Assembly: GCA_038496445.1 (NCBI GenBank)
Contig: JALMLS010000124.1
Coordinates: 138,111 to 202,110, forward strand
Length of the DNA: 64,000 nucleotides
Reading direction: 5' to 3'
Origin: Trichosphaerium sp. ATCC 40318
Taxonomy: Eukaryota; Protista; Tubulinea
A program made the translations under genes and the position numbers. This document shows positions 49,439 to 61,667 of this stretch, one piece after another. The notes under the pieces are model-generated. The model was not told the origin of the DNA. It worked only from the letters and a program-made list of their open reading frames with translations, and ran no database searches. Positions within the stretch are counted from its first letter, which is position 1. Each line of letters begins with the position of its first letter.

Positions 49439-52400
49439 ATGAAACTCAGCGCTACTTGTATGTAACATAAATAGTAGATTACACTTGTTTTAACTCTCGT
49501 ATAGTGGGTACTGCTACAGTGCCATCCAAGAAGAAGGTATGCGCCGAAGTTAGCTTTATAGAAGGTTCCGGACGCGTTATGGGTACATAAACCGTAAAAT
49601 ACGCGCTATTTATCTAATTTACAGCAACGTTTAAAACAAAGTGGTATAAAGGCACCAATGAACCGCCATTCGATCTACAAACAGCTGTGTACGCTTTTTG
49701 AAAAATTAGAATCGTTACTTAGCGTACAAGACCTAAAACCTTACAGAGCAGCTGATAAATGCGAAGGTGTTCTCGTACGCATCCTAGAGAAGCGATCCAT
49801 ATTTAGCACCAAATGCGTCGGCAAGGTGACCGTAAAACTGAACAAAGACAACATGGGAGGTAATTACTAGTACCCTTACGTGGTATTTTCGCTAATCATG
49901 CTTAAATCAAAAGACGAACCACTCGCAGAAGAGTTTCCAATCAAAGGAAAGAACAATGTGTCTGTCGGAAAAATCAATGTTACACTTGCTCTAGTAGGGA
50001 ACAAAGGATCCAATACTACCTCTAAGAAAACAGGAGGTAGGAAATCAAACATTAAATCCAGCGAAGAGTATGTCGCACCAACAACAAACGCTCTGAAGGT
50101 ACTGTCATTATTTTTCGTCAAAAAAATTCAATTTCTGGATTTTTTGTGATTTATGTCGTGTACACCCTATTGATCTTATCTAAAGGTATCTGCCTATTGG
50201 AGACAAAAGGACAAAACATTAGATCAACGGAAATTTGTAATTGTTGATGAAGACGATGAAGGTATGGGACATCAAACCTAAACGTTGAGAAAATCATTTT
50301 TGCTTACCCATTGACAAGTTTTTAACTAAATTATCTTCACAGCAGAATCCACCTCTCCAAGGGGAAATATTACACAGAATGATCCTATGTTTAATACTTC
50401 TGGTATACCTAGCACATCATGGACCGTTCCACCAATGCTTGAGAAGATATCGGTGAGGACCCTTCTCTATCTTGTTGAAAACCTTTTTGTTGATTTTCTT
50501 TGTTCTTACCTTGCATAGCTTAAAGTACCTGGCTTGGATGATGAACCTATAGATCTTGAAGAAATGTCCATCATTGCTGTAGCCAGCGGTTTCTTAACTA
50601 AAACGGCAGTAACCATGACTTTTAGAAACAATTCAAAAAAATCCAATTTGGAAGGTACTTTCTCAAACTTACCGCTTCCAATGTATTCATTGACATTTAA
50701 GGCCAACTTGACTTTCCAATACCTGAAGGTGCTACAATATCAGGATACGCTCTAGATATTAGCGGTGAAATGGTTCCAGCGTCTCTTGTTGAGAAAGTAA
50801 AAGCAAAACGCATCTTCGAAGACGAAGTACGAAAAGGTACTTCCAACTACAATTGATTGCTTTTTTTTCTCACTTCTATCTTAAGGTGTCGATCCAGGTC
50901 TTTTGGAGCACGTTAAAGGGAACTCATTCAAGACGAGAATATACCCTTTTGCCGCAGGAGGAACCAGGACTGTGAGTTTCACATACGTCTCTGAACTTGT
51001 CAGAAACGCAAAAGGTCAAACTTTGTATTGGTAAGTCTTGAGCCACAAACTCGTTATACCGTAAAATATAACTATATCTAGGCATCCTATCAATCTCTCA
51101 AAGCCACTCAAATCATTTAAAGTGACATTGGATGTGATACAAACGACAAAAACGTCTCCAAAAGTGATTTCAGATTCTCTTGGAAAATCTCACACTTTTA
51201 CAACAACCAATGTTGCTGAAGGCGTATACGCCTGCTCTCTTTCTCTAGAGGAAAAAAACTTTACCTCAAAGGATAATGCACTTACAGTACAATTCCCACC
51301 TACAGACGAAGCAGAAGAAACAGCTCAAGTGTTCGTCGAAAAAGGACCTGATGATGCATACTATTGCGTCTGTCAAGACACAATCCCATCCGATGTTGAT
51401 CTCACACCACCTAAGAGATTAGAACCGTCTTGCGTAGCTATTGTATGGGATGCATCTCTTGGCAGAGAACAAGTTGATAAGGTAAGTAACCAAAAGGGGA
51501 CTTCAAAAACAACTCTTTTTTTTTGACTTGGGTTTTTTCTCACGTGATTAACACTCTTTTCTTTGTAGACTTCTGAGTTTAAGTTTCTTGCTACCTTCCT
51601 TGATGAAATAGACGATAGTGTAGATGTTGATATATTCACTCTTCGTCATGTTTGCTCACCAGCAAAGAGAATGAAACCTGATAAAGTTTTTGACTTTATT
51701 TCAAACATTGACTACGATGGAGGCACACGCCTTTCTCAGACACTTCGTGATGCCGATCTAAAGAAATACGATTATATTTTACTATTTACTGATGGCCTTG
51801 GTACAATTGGTGAAGATGACGCACCATTTGTGCTAGATCCAAAAGGTACAAAAAAAAGAAAGACAAAATGCATTGATTGTGCTTACCCTTTGTTTTCAGT
51901 ACCACCAGTTTATGTTTTCTCTGGATCTGGTCCAGTTAACAACGCAACTTTATTGAAACATTGGAGTAACTCGACAGGCGGAAGGTACGGTATTTGTCTA
52001 TGGTAATAAATAGTATCATAGACTTGATTTAACAACGGAGGAGAACGCTTATATTTCGACATAGATACTTTGATGTTAACAACAGCAATGTTCGTGATTC
52101 CATATCCAGCCTTGGTAAAACAACGCTTGGTTTCGTATCATTCACAGCAAAGGACAAGTCCATGATAGCAGAGGTAAATTTCTAACAGTGAAAGACAGAT
52201 ATCAATCACTAATTTTCGGAAAAAAAAAAAAACAGAAATTAACAACCAAGTTAGGTTGCACCTCCTTTGATGACTCCTTTGAATGGTAGACAGTTCATGT
52301 TAGCTTGTAAATTAGATGTCACTCAATGCGAAAAAACAACAGTGACTATAAGCTACGGTTATGGAAAGCAAGATGTCCGTCACTCTACAACAGTCACAAT

Positions 52401-54431
52401 AGATAAAAGCGCAGAAACGGCATCAGGTACAAATACCAAAAAACACAACTTTCAACTAACTTTCGATAGGACTGATTCCTTTGCTGTATGCAAATAAAAA
52501 GGTAGAAATGCTGACTGTATTCCAAGAACAAAACAAAGACGCTATTCTTCACCTTGGTAGAACATTTGGTATTGTTACACCAGGGACATCTCTTCTTGTA
52601 CTTGAGACACTCGCACAACATATAGAGCACAAGGTTGAGCCTCATCCTTCAAGAAAGCAGATATACAAACAGTACACTTCGCAAACTAAGCAAAAGGAAG
52701 ACGAAGAACGCACTAAGACGAAAAAGAAAGTAGCTCAAGTCAGAGTAAGTACTCAACCCAGATTTTTGGTTTTTTAAGCTCATCTTGTTTTGTAGGGATG
52801 GTGGAATGAAAGGATAACTTGGTGGAAAAAAGACTTTAAATATAATCCTAAGCCTAAAATTGAGGTTAAGTCAAAGCGTAGCCGCAATGCGCCTCAAATG
52901 GATCGCGCAATGGCACCTCAAATGGAGTGCCGCGCAATGGCACCTCAAATGGAATGCTTCGGCGCAATGGCACCTGCTCCTGTAAGTAGCAAACTTTGCC
53001 TTTTTGTTTATCAATAGCATCATCTGACGACTTTGTTTAGCCAATGGCTTGCGAAGCATGTCCACCACCTGCACCTCCTGGTGGAGCACTTGGTGGAGCA
53101 CCTCCACCACGTTCTGCAGCTCGGCGGTCGACTATGTCAACGCGAGAAAAATCTAAAAATAGTTCTTCAAATTCTGGACCTGCACCTCCTTCCATCAAAG
53201 TACAGTTCTGGGACCCAAAAACACCATATATGAGTAAGTAAAGCAACAAGTCTTTTAAGTATCCAAATACCGCCCTCCTTTATGCTGACACGTGATTTTT
53301 TTATAGCCGAGATTAAAAAGCATTCAAAACCTTCAGACAAGTACTTTTGTTACCTCGATCAGCGTGAGAAATACAGAAACTCTCCTGCCTTCTATCTGGA
53401 TGTAGCCCATCACTTCTTCTCTTTAGATGAGAAAGCACTAGGCCTTCGTATCTTGTCTAGTATCAGTGAACTACGCCTTGATAGTCCACAACTCCTTCGT
53501 ATGATGGGTTACCTTCTCGATGAGAAAGGTGCTTATGATCTGTCTATTCTTATATTTGAACAAGTCTTAAAACTTCGTCCGGATGAACCACAGAGTCACA
53601 GAGATCTCGCTCTTGTCCTTGAAAAGGTTAAAAAGTATCAACGTGCCATTGAGTTGCTATGGAATGTTATCAAAGGACCGAACTGGAGTGATGCTTTTAA
53701 AGAAATTGAAGGTACAAAAATACTTCAAAGTTGTTTGTGATTGACTAAGTCTTTTTTTTTTAAGTTACTTCTCTTTATGAGTTCAATAGTATTGTCGCTA
53801 AAGCCAAGCGCGAAAATGTCAAGCTTGATATCCCTGAAGAGCTACCAAAAGAACTTATACAGTGTTGCGATGTAGATGTTCGAATCACACTTCAATGGGA
53901 CACTGACAACACAGACATGGATCTTCATGGTACGACGATAAAAACAAAATTACATGCCCATAGTTATATGCTCACTTCTTGTTCTAGTTGTTGAACCAAA
54001 TGGTGAAGAAGCTTACTATGGTCATCGTAAAACAGAGGCAGGCGGAATATGCTCACGTGATTTTACACAAGGATACGGTACATACTTGTTTTAGCAAAGG
54101 AACTGCATATGAACAGATTTCCTGCTTGTTTTTTTCTTGTGTTCTTACTTATGATTGTGTTCTAGGTCCTGAAGAATATCTCATTAAAAAGGCAATAAAA
54201 GGAGAGTTTAAAGTAAAAACAAACTACTTTGCTCAAAACAATGCATCACTAACTGGACCTACAACATTATTGACCAAGATATTTACCAACTTCGGTAGAC
54301 CAAATCAAGAGTGTAAGCTCATTACTACACGCATGGATGTACGCTCTAGATAGTTCTTATTTTAAAATACTCACTGTTTTTATTAGGGCGCAAAAGATAA
54401 CGGCAACATTGGATCTATCACGTGGAAATAA
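49439..54431 (+). CDS. C2 - VIT - vWA-like - TPR - DUF2135(YfaP-like) multidomain protein
   Basis: C2-like [121 protein letters not shown]2135 [25 protein letters not shown]...[13 protein letters not shown]. Confidence 0.88.
52884..52978 (+). repeat. Short coding tandem repeat (R/G)AMAPQM(D/E)C
   Basis: GCGCAATGGCACCTCAAATGGA repeated about 3-4 times with variation. Confidence 0.8.
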
Positions 54432-54779
54432 ATTGTGTTTATTATGTTAGCTAAGTAATAAAAAAATTTGTAAAGTTACTTTGCCAACAGTTTTTTGGGT
54501 TGTTCCCAAAGAAGGAAGCTTGAAAACACCCTTCGAGCAGTTACAGTCTCTGATTGAAACCAATATAAGCCTGACAAGTCAAAAATATAAGGTTGTTGTG
54601 GTCAATATTCATTGTCGCCAAATGAGAAGCATAAAGTATGCCACTTCATATGATATAAAAGGAACTCGATTTGAAAGGAAGAACCACAAAAACACTTGTT
54701 TTAAGTCTTGTTACTCCTGGCAACGTTTATCCAGTAAGCAAACAATAATATTGATGTGCTATAAAGTGTTAAAATAGTG

Positions 54780-57128
54780 CTAACAGAAGAAACCAATACT
54801 TTTTGTTTATCAAATAATTTAGTTGGTTTTGGGATTATTATAATCACATTACTTGGCGTCACGTATCCACTGAGGCCACTCATCAATAGGAACCTAATAC
54901 ATAACTAGTAAGCATTCAAAATCTAGTAGAATGATGTGAATTCACAATTTACCTTGTGTGCTTCTTCATACAACGCTGACAAGTTGATGTTGGCTTGCTC
55001 ACCACGTTGAAGACGTAAAAATTTTTCGTGAACAGCCAATGAATGGAAGTACCTTTGAAAGCAATACTGTTAGTCTACCTAACCACTACGTTTACTAAAG
55101 GATGCGTACCTCCTGTGTAGATCCTGGTACGTTGCCAATTCTGACTCATCGCCTCCCTGATGAAAAATGTGACCTTTTGATCAAAGAAAGAATAAAATAG
55201 GAATAAAAAAAAAGTTAATACCTGCTGTTCTGCTATTTTGATGTTTATCTGTAATGTTTGCTTTTCTATTTCCTTTAACCGTTCTTCTAATATACCACGC
55301 AACGCTTCTCCAGCTTTAATCTTATTCTCAGTGATAAGTTCTAGTTGATCTCTCTACAACAACAAGATGTAAGCAAAAACGCCAAGAAAGAAAACTCAAG
55401 AATCTCATCGCGTACTCTAATAAATACCAATGCGTTCTCTGCTTGTTGAACTCTATTCTTTTGCTTTTGTGTCTCTATTCGATCTTGTAGCATGATATAC
55501 TGTGCTTCTATTTGATTAGACGCTGTAAAGTTCCTATTAATGCCACCGCCTCGCTCTAGTTTAACTCTTTTCAAAACTTTAAGGCTAGACTCTGCAGTAG
55601 TTAGTTCCCTTCTAGAAGAAGCTAACAAGTCCATCAAATTCTTCTCTGTCGCTTGCTTGATTTCTTTTCGTAGTTCAAGACTTCTACGTTCACTTCAGCT
55701 TCAAGAAGATCTCTCTCAAACTCTTCCAACATTTCGACACTCTTGTGAATGAGTTAGGATCCCATCGCTTTGACAAACATGTGCAGTACGTACCTCTGAA
55801 ATCTTTGACAGCAAGTCTAGACGTTCGGCCTTTACGTTATCCAAGTTATCACGCGCACGTTGTTGTCTTACTTCTAATTCATTACGTTGACGTGCAGCTT
55901 GCTGTGAAAGCTGTAGTTTCGCGTGATGGATTTGATTGTTCATTGTTTGGATCTTGTCTTGTTGCAATTGTATTTCCTGGTCTAGTTTATCCTTATACTC
56001 TCTGTTTTCGCTTTGTCTTTCAGGTGAATACCTATCGTAGGGAAAAAATTAATATTAAAGACCACGTGATACTCCACGTGTTGAGTAAAATCAAAAAAAA
56101 AAGAAACAAGTTTGGTTTTGAAGAACATTTCCTCGGCGCTTTGAGGACAACATACGTTGTGTTGGCTTTTCCAAAAGTGTACTTTCTTTGCTTGATAAAT
56201 TCTCTCCATCTTAACATTTCGTCCATCCACCTAAACCAAAAATGAGCCGAGATTTTTAACCCTCAAAAACAAAATTGCGAGGTCCTAGTTTTTCGCTGTT
56301 TTTTAGGAACATACCACTGAACATCTTGTGATCCTGGTCCTTGGACGATTTGGAAGTGATAAGTACGCAAGGTAGTACTGACTTTAAAGCTATTTTCACG
56401 TCCAGAAGGTGTGATGAGTTCGACCTTGAAAAACAAATGTAAGAATCACTTTTTCCATCAACAAATACCAAAAGGTGTAAAACATGCGACAGTATCAATT
56501 GATTGCGTGTCAAAATTTTTTGAGCATTTTGGCCAACAAACCAAGTTTTCGAAAAAAAAACATTGACATCTTACCAGCTCTAAGTCTATTGCACCAAGCG
56601 CCTTGTGGCTGTACGCATTCTCGAAATAAAATAGTCGAAATCCTACTTGTTGAAAATACCGTTTCCTCCACTTCACCATCCCCTGTTTACTAAGCTCTCC
56701 TTTCAATACTGTTGGTGCATTCTCTACGTGTCTAACGCGATACAAAGGGTCGCGTAATAAGCGATCCTTTGACTCTATGAACAATATACGCGCTCTTAAA
56801 CGCTCAGCGCGCTTTAAAAAATGATGGTTTGCTTTGCTGTCGTCTACAAAACGTTTTAGCTTAAATTGACATTTGATTGTCTTTTTCTAGTGCCTGTCGT
56901 TGCCACTATTGAGTTAATAGCTACTTTGGCTTTATGTAAAGCTGTTCGATCGAGTTCTGAAGCTTGTGTTAATCGTTTCAATAGCTTCACCTACGTCTAA
57001 CGTTACCACCGAAACGACAAATAGAGCTTGGTACGTACAACTTGTAACAAATCGGCAGAACGCTGTTTACTCTTTAAAGACTGCGCTGAGGACTCTCTAC
57101 GAGGACCAGTAGCTGGTTGCGACGCCAT
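54780..57128 (-). CDS. Coiled-coil protein with a PH domain
   Basis: LKGELSKQGMVKWRKRYF..RLFYFE..ALGAIDL..SFKVSTTLRTYHF..WMDEM (PH), long coiled coils, C-terminal YFHSLAV..NLSALYEEA..VPIDEWPQWI. The 3' end is uncertain (54849 or about 54780). Confidence 0.78.
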
Positions 57129-57442
57129 GATTACGAACTTTCGCTAATTACACTTTAAAATACCGTTACACAACAAATCCACCGTTGCATGGCAAGTGTC
57201 AATTGTGCTACACGAAAATTACAGTCATAGAAATTCGCCTTGTCAGTGCTAAAAAATTGAGTTAACCGACAAAACGTCTTGTTTGCAACATGCCACATCA
57301 AGACTGGTAGAGATGTAATACTTTGTAATACAAGAAATGGATGTATTTGTTCGAATGTTAATGTTTTCAGCACGTGAAATTTCGCTAGTGATGGTCAATG
57401 GTAGTATTCATAATTTTCTCATTAACTTTCTACAAGCCACTG

Positions 57443-58030
57443 ATGAATTACTTTTATTACGCTCTTGTTATTTCCTTGTTTGTTGGTGTTGTTGTCTGCG
57501 ATCAATGGTCAGACTGCTCTGCAGGCAAAGGCCGCATCACCAACATAAACTGCAATGTTGGCCCTCTTCCAATTCACGTTGGTGGAAACGTCACTGTTAA
57601 ATGCACAGGCGCTCTTTGTACGACGCTATTTACACTTCGTAAAGGATTGACGCTTGTAGCTGAGCAAATCACTTCTGGAACACTCACTTTTAACGCAAAA
57701 CTTCTCACTGGAGGCACATGGATTCCACTGTAAGTAATTTTTTGGGAAAGAAAAAAAAAACAATGCTAAACCGTTTTTTAGCCCTCAAATCACTTCTCCA
57801 ATTTGTGGCGAAGGCATCACATGCCCTTACCCTGCTGGAACAGCTAACTTTCTCTTCACTCTTCAAGTACCACCAATAACCCCGGCTGTACGCTAAAAAA
57901 TATCCTCGAACATAAAACATACTAATTTTGATAAAAAAAGGGCGAATACAAAGGTATCATCAATGTTGTTGACCAAAACAAGGCAATGTTAGCGTGTATC
58001 GATTTCGATTACACTCTCCATGCAATGTAG
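57443..58030 (+). CDS. Secreted ML-domain (NPC2/MD-2-like) lipid-binding protein
   Basis: Signal peptide, WSDCS, P.PIHVGGNVTV, ICGEGITCPYPAG, VPPITPAGEYKG..VDQN..LACIDF. Confidence 0.88.
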
Positions 58031-58213
58031 AATAAATATTTTACACAACCTATGTCGTGGATCCTCCTCATCACTTCTTTCTTCATTCGTTTATCACGTG
58101 CTTAGTACCAAATTTTTTTTCTTTCTTTACCTTTTGGCTCAAGTGAGCGTCTTCTAAGTGAGTCTATTTCATGGTTATCATCGCGGAACAATGAAAGTCT
58201 ATGGGTAGGAGAT

Positions 58214-60065
58214 ATGAAACTCTGTTACGTCGTTTTGGCGTTATTTGTACTTCAAACGATATCTCTTGTGTATATTATACTCAATGTGGAGTCAACAATG
58301 CAATTAAAGCATCAAATACATATTTTAAAGGCAACAGAAAAACCTGCTCATGAACAATCGTTTAAACGAGCTTATGAAGCACTACTATACTCTAATAAGC
58401 GCACAAGTGCGCAATTGAAGCGTTTGGTACGACTCACGCTGTTTTTCATTCAAAATGTTTACAAATAGCCCTGCGAGCATCAATACACTTTAAAACCGCG
58501 TCACAGTATGTTTAGGTGTCTATACACAAACATAGCGCTAAAAACAGCGTTGACAAAGCGAAAAATCCAGTCCTAGTGTACGAACGGAAGATAAAAGAGG
58601 TAGCAACATGTTATTGGATTCTAAATTACCAAAGTTGTAATTTTCTTTCCAGTTGGTTTCAAAACACGTAAGTGCACATGACATAAACCCATCAGATAAG
58701 ATGGTGTTCGCAACCTTGAATATTTGGAACATAAATGAGCCTTGGTTAGAGCGCCTTGAGGCCATAACAACCCATATAAAGGCATTGAAACCAGTGCGTT
58801 TTTTTTTCAGAAGTCACGTGATTTTTTTTTAATTTTTTGTGCAATAGAACGTGATCGCTTTTCAAGAGATTCGGATATATAATGGCACAAACCAATTCGA
58901 TCAATTGAAGAAAAAGCTACCTGAATACCCTTATGCCATTAGCACACCATCAAGCAAAGATGAACACATTGCTGTACAAAATTTGTTGGATTATTCTTGT
59001 TCTTCAAAATTGACATGTTGCGTCAGACGTTTTCAAAATGGCCGATAGCCAAATCAAAAACACAAGCCCTGCCTTCTACTGCGTTGAAATCCGATAAAAA
59101 CCCACGTGTTTGCATGGCTACAACGTTCAATGTACCAAGCATAGGTAAGTATATCTTTCAGTTCAACTCCTGGGATGTTCTCAACTCACTAACCGCCTAA
59201 AAGGTCGGTTGGATGTCTATCATACGCACTTGTCTTACAACGACTTGAATCAATGCGAAAATGTCGCATCAATCATAGATTTTATTAGCACATACTCTCC
59301 GAAAGACGCTCATATTGTACTCATTGGTGACATGAACACTTACTTTGATTTCCCTTGGTACATTTTTTATAACATCAACGAGGGCCAACAGACATTAATC
59401 TTCAAAAAGCAACCCATCCTTTTAACGCTGGCTTCTTTCACTTTCAACTAAAAACAATTTAAATTCCATTTCTTTACGGTATGTTCTTAAAACGATTAAC
59501 TTTGACATCAAGGCCCATGCACCTCCTCACACGACCAGTTGATGCTGTATTACATACATATAATCCGTGCCAATCGTTGCTTAAGAAGAAAAAGTCTGTT
59601 TCGTATGAGTTTAATCGATTTACGGACGCTTGGGAACAGTTTGTTGACAACGCTGGTTTGGCAAATACTCTTGATGGAGCGACATTTCCTAATTTCTTTG
59701 GTTCAATGGATCCCACTCGTGCAGATCGCATAATGTTCAGGTAACTATACATCAAATGGCAGCCTGTGCAATCTCGCTAACAAAGGCGTAGATCACCCTC
59801 TCTAGTGGCAACGCATGTTCATACTTTTGGCTCAGAAGCCATTTCATATGGCGCTGGAAATACAACATTTCCTTCCGATCACTTGTACGCACGCACAAAC
59901 TGTTCCATTTGGTTTTTTTCAAGTTCATTATCCACGAAAAGGCTGACAATACAAAGGGGCGTAGTAGCAACATTGGTGAAGAAACATACAGGAGGCATTG
60001 AGTCATACTATAAGTGGACAATGGACTTTCAGAAACACTTCAAAAAGATAAAGAGGCCTTTGTAG
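58214..60065 (+). CDS. Endonuclease/exonuclease/phosphatase (EEP) family protein with N-terminal signal-anchor
   Basis: ATLNIWN, IAFQE, HTHLS, LIGDMN, ATFP..RADRIMF and PSDH catalytic motifs, with a hydrophobic N-terminus. Confidence 0.88.
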
Positions 60066-60272
60066 AACACGCAGGAATAAAAAGAACAAAAGCGTTAAAC
60101 ACTTCTAACACTGCTCCGTCACTTGGCCACATACCGACAACACGCGCAGGGGAGTGATACGTGGTTCTCACCGTTGTAAGACGCATTAAATTATTTGAAG
60201 TCTAGGTATTGTTGTGGTATTAAAATTTTTTTATTGACTGGTCAATGGGGCACACACGTGTCAATTTCTTTT

Positions 60273-61550
60273 TTAGAGCTTGTTGAATGAAGCAATATCG
60301 ACAGATTGGACATCTTCCAATTCTGTAATTTCTTCAACCATGTCGTCGGTGGAGACCTTTGAGTCTACAATAGTACAACCAATTTGCAATTTCTTGATAC
60401 CGAAAGCAACTGGGATCAATTTGGAGGCTTCAGACCATGTCAAACCATCCATAGCTACCTATTTAATCGCATTAGAATATGTTTCGAGTACGTTAAAATT
60501 CAAAAAGTGAAAAAAAAAAAAGACAAGTTGAATTCAATTGAGAGTTGAAGACTTTATCTTCTTTTGAGCCTTTTAACAAATTCTGATCATTTCGCGAAAT
60601 TTACTGGAAGATCAAAAAGGTTTGGAGTTTTTGAATTAATAATGTCTTCATTTTTTTACATACCTTACGGACAGCTGCTTCGAGTTCAACCATGTCTATA
60701 GAATACTGTGTTAGTATTTAACTGATTTTGAGCGATTTTGTTGGTATTTCTTCCGTTTTGTTTTTACGCGTTAAACACGTTAAAATACGCACCAGTCTCA
60801 GCTTCGTAAGGCTTTACCATGAAGATAACAGTAGAGCGAGCATTTTCCTTCTCAGCTGCTTCTTTTCTGGCAATGACAGCTCTACGTTTGGCTCTCATCT
60901 CTTCGAGCTCTGCGGCAGCCTTGGCAGCTGCTTCAGGGTCATCTTCTTCGTCGTCACCGAACAAATCGACGTCATCATCGTCGTCTTCATCTTCCTTTAA
61001 AGAGCGTTGTTAGGCAGGCGACAATCAAAAAACAAAAAAACAAAAAAAAAGCTAATTTAGTACAAAACTCTTGCTAACAATTGTTTTAATGTCTACGTTT
61101 AAATTAAGTGCTATTTTTCACTAATAGCGCCGCTATTAAAAATTGTTTTTGTGTAGTCTTGTTTAAACGTTTTAAGATCCTTTGTGGTGTATAAAAAAGC
61201 GTACTTCTTCCTCTTCAGAAGCAGCAGGCCATGATTTTTTCTCGTCTTCAGCAAAAGAAGCGATGTGTTTGTACCAGCGTGCAACGTGTTGGAATTTCTT
61301 TCCAATCTCTGCAGGGCAAGCAGTGAAAACTTCTACGTCAGCTTGTGAAGGTTGGAAGCTACATACAGTCAGTACAACGCAGGAGGAAAAAACCGCGAAT
61401 AAACAACCCTGTGGGTGTTACTCTTACCCTGAAATGTAACTGGCGTCACTGAGGTGTTTGTTGAGATCTACGAGACCCTTTGGATAAAATTAATTACAAT
61501 TATGCGTATAATGAACGTGCTTTGTCCAAGTTGAATTTTGCAGCAGCCAT
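60273..61550 (-). CDS. EEF1B: Elongation factor 1-beta
   Basis: [66 protein letters not shown] and [12 protein letters not shown]. Confidence 0.95.
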
Positions 61551-61667
61551 TGTTAAAGAATTATCAGAGACAACAAAAAATCTTAAGTGACGTTGTGTCT
61601 TAAGGCGTTTTCTCTGTTTTGACCCAAAAATCCATCCAAGGCCAATGAAACGCAATCAATTTCCGAC

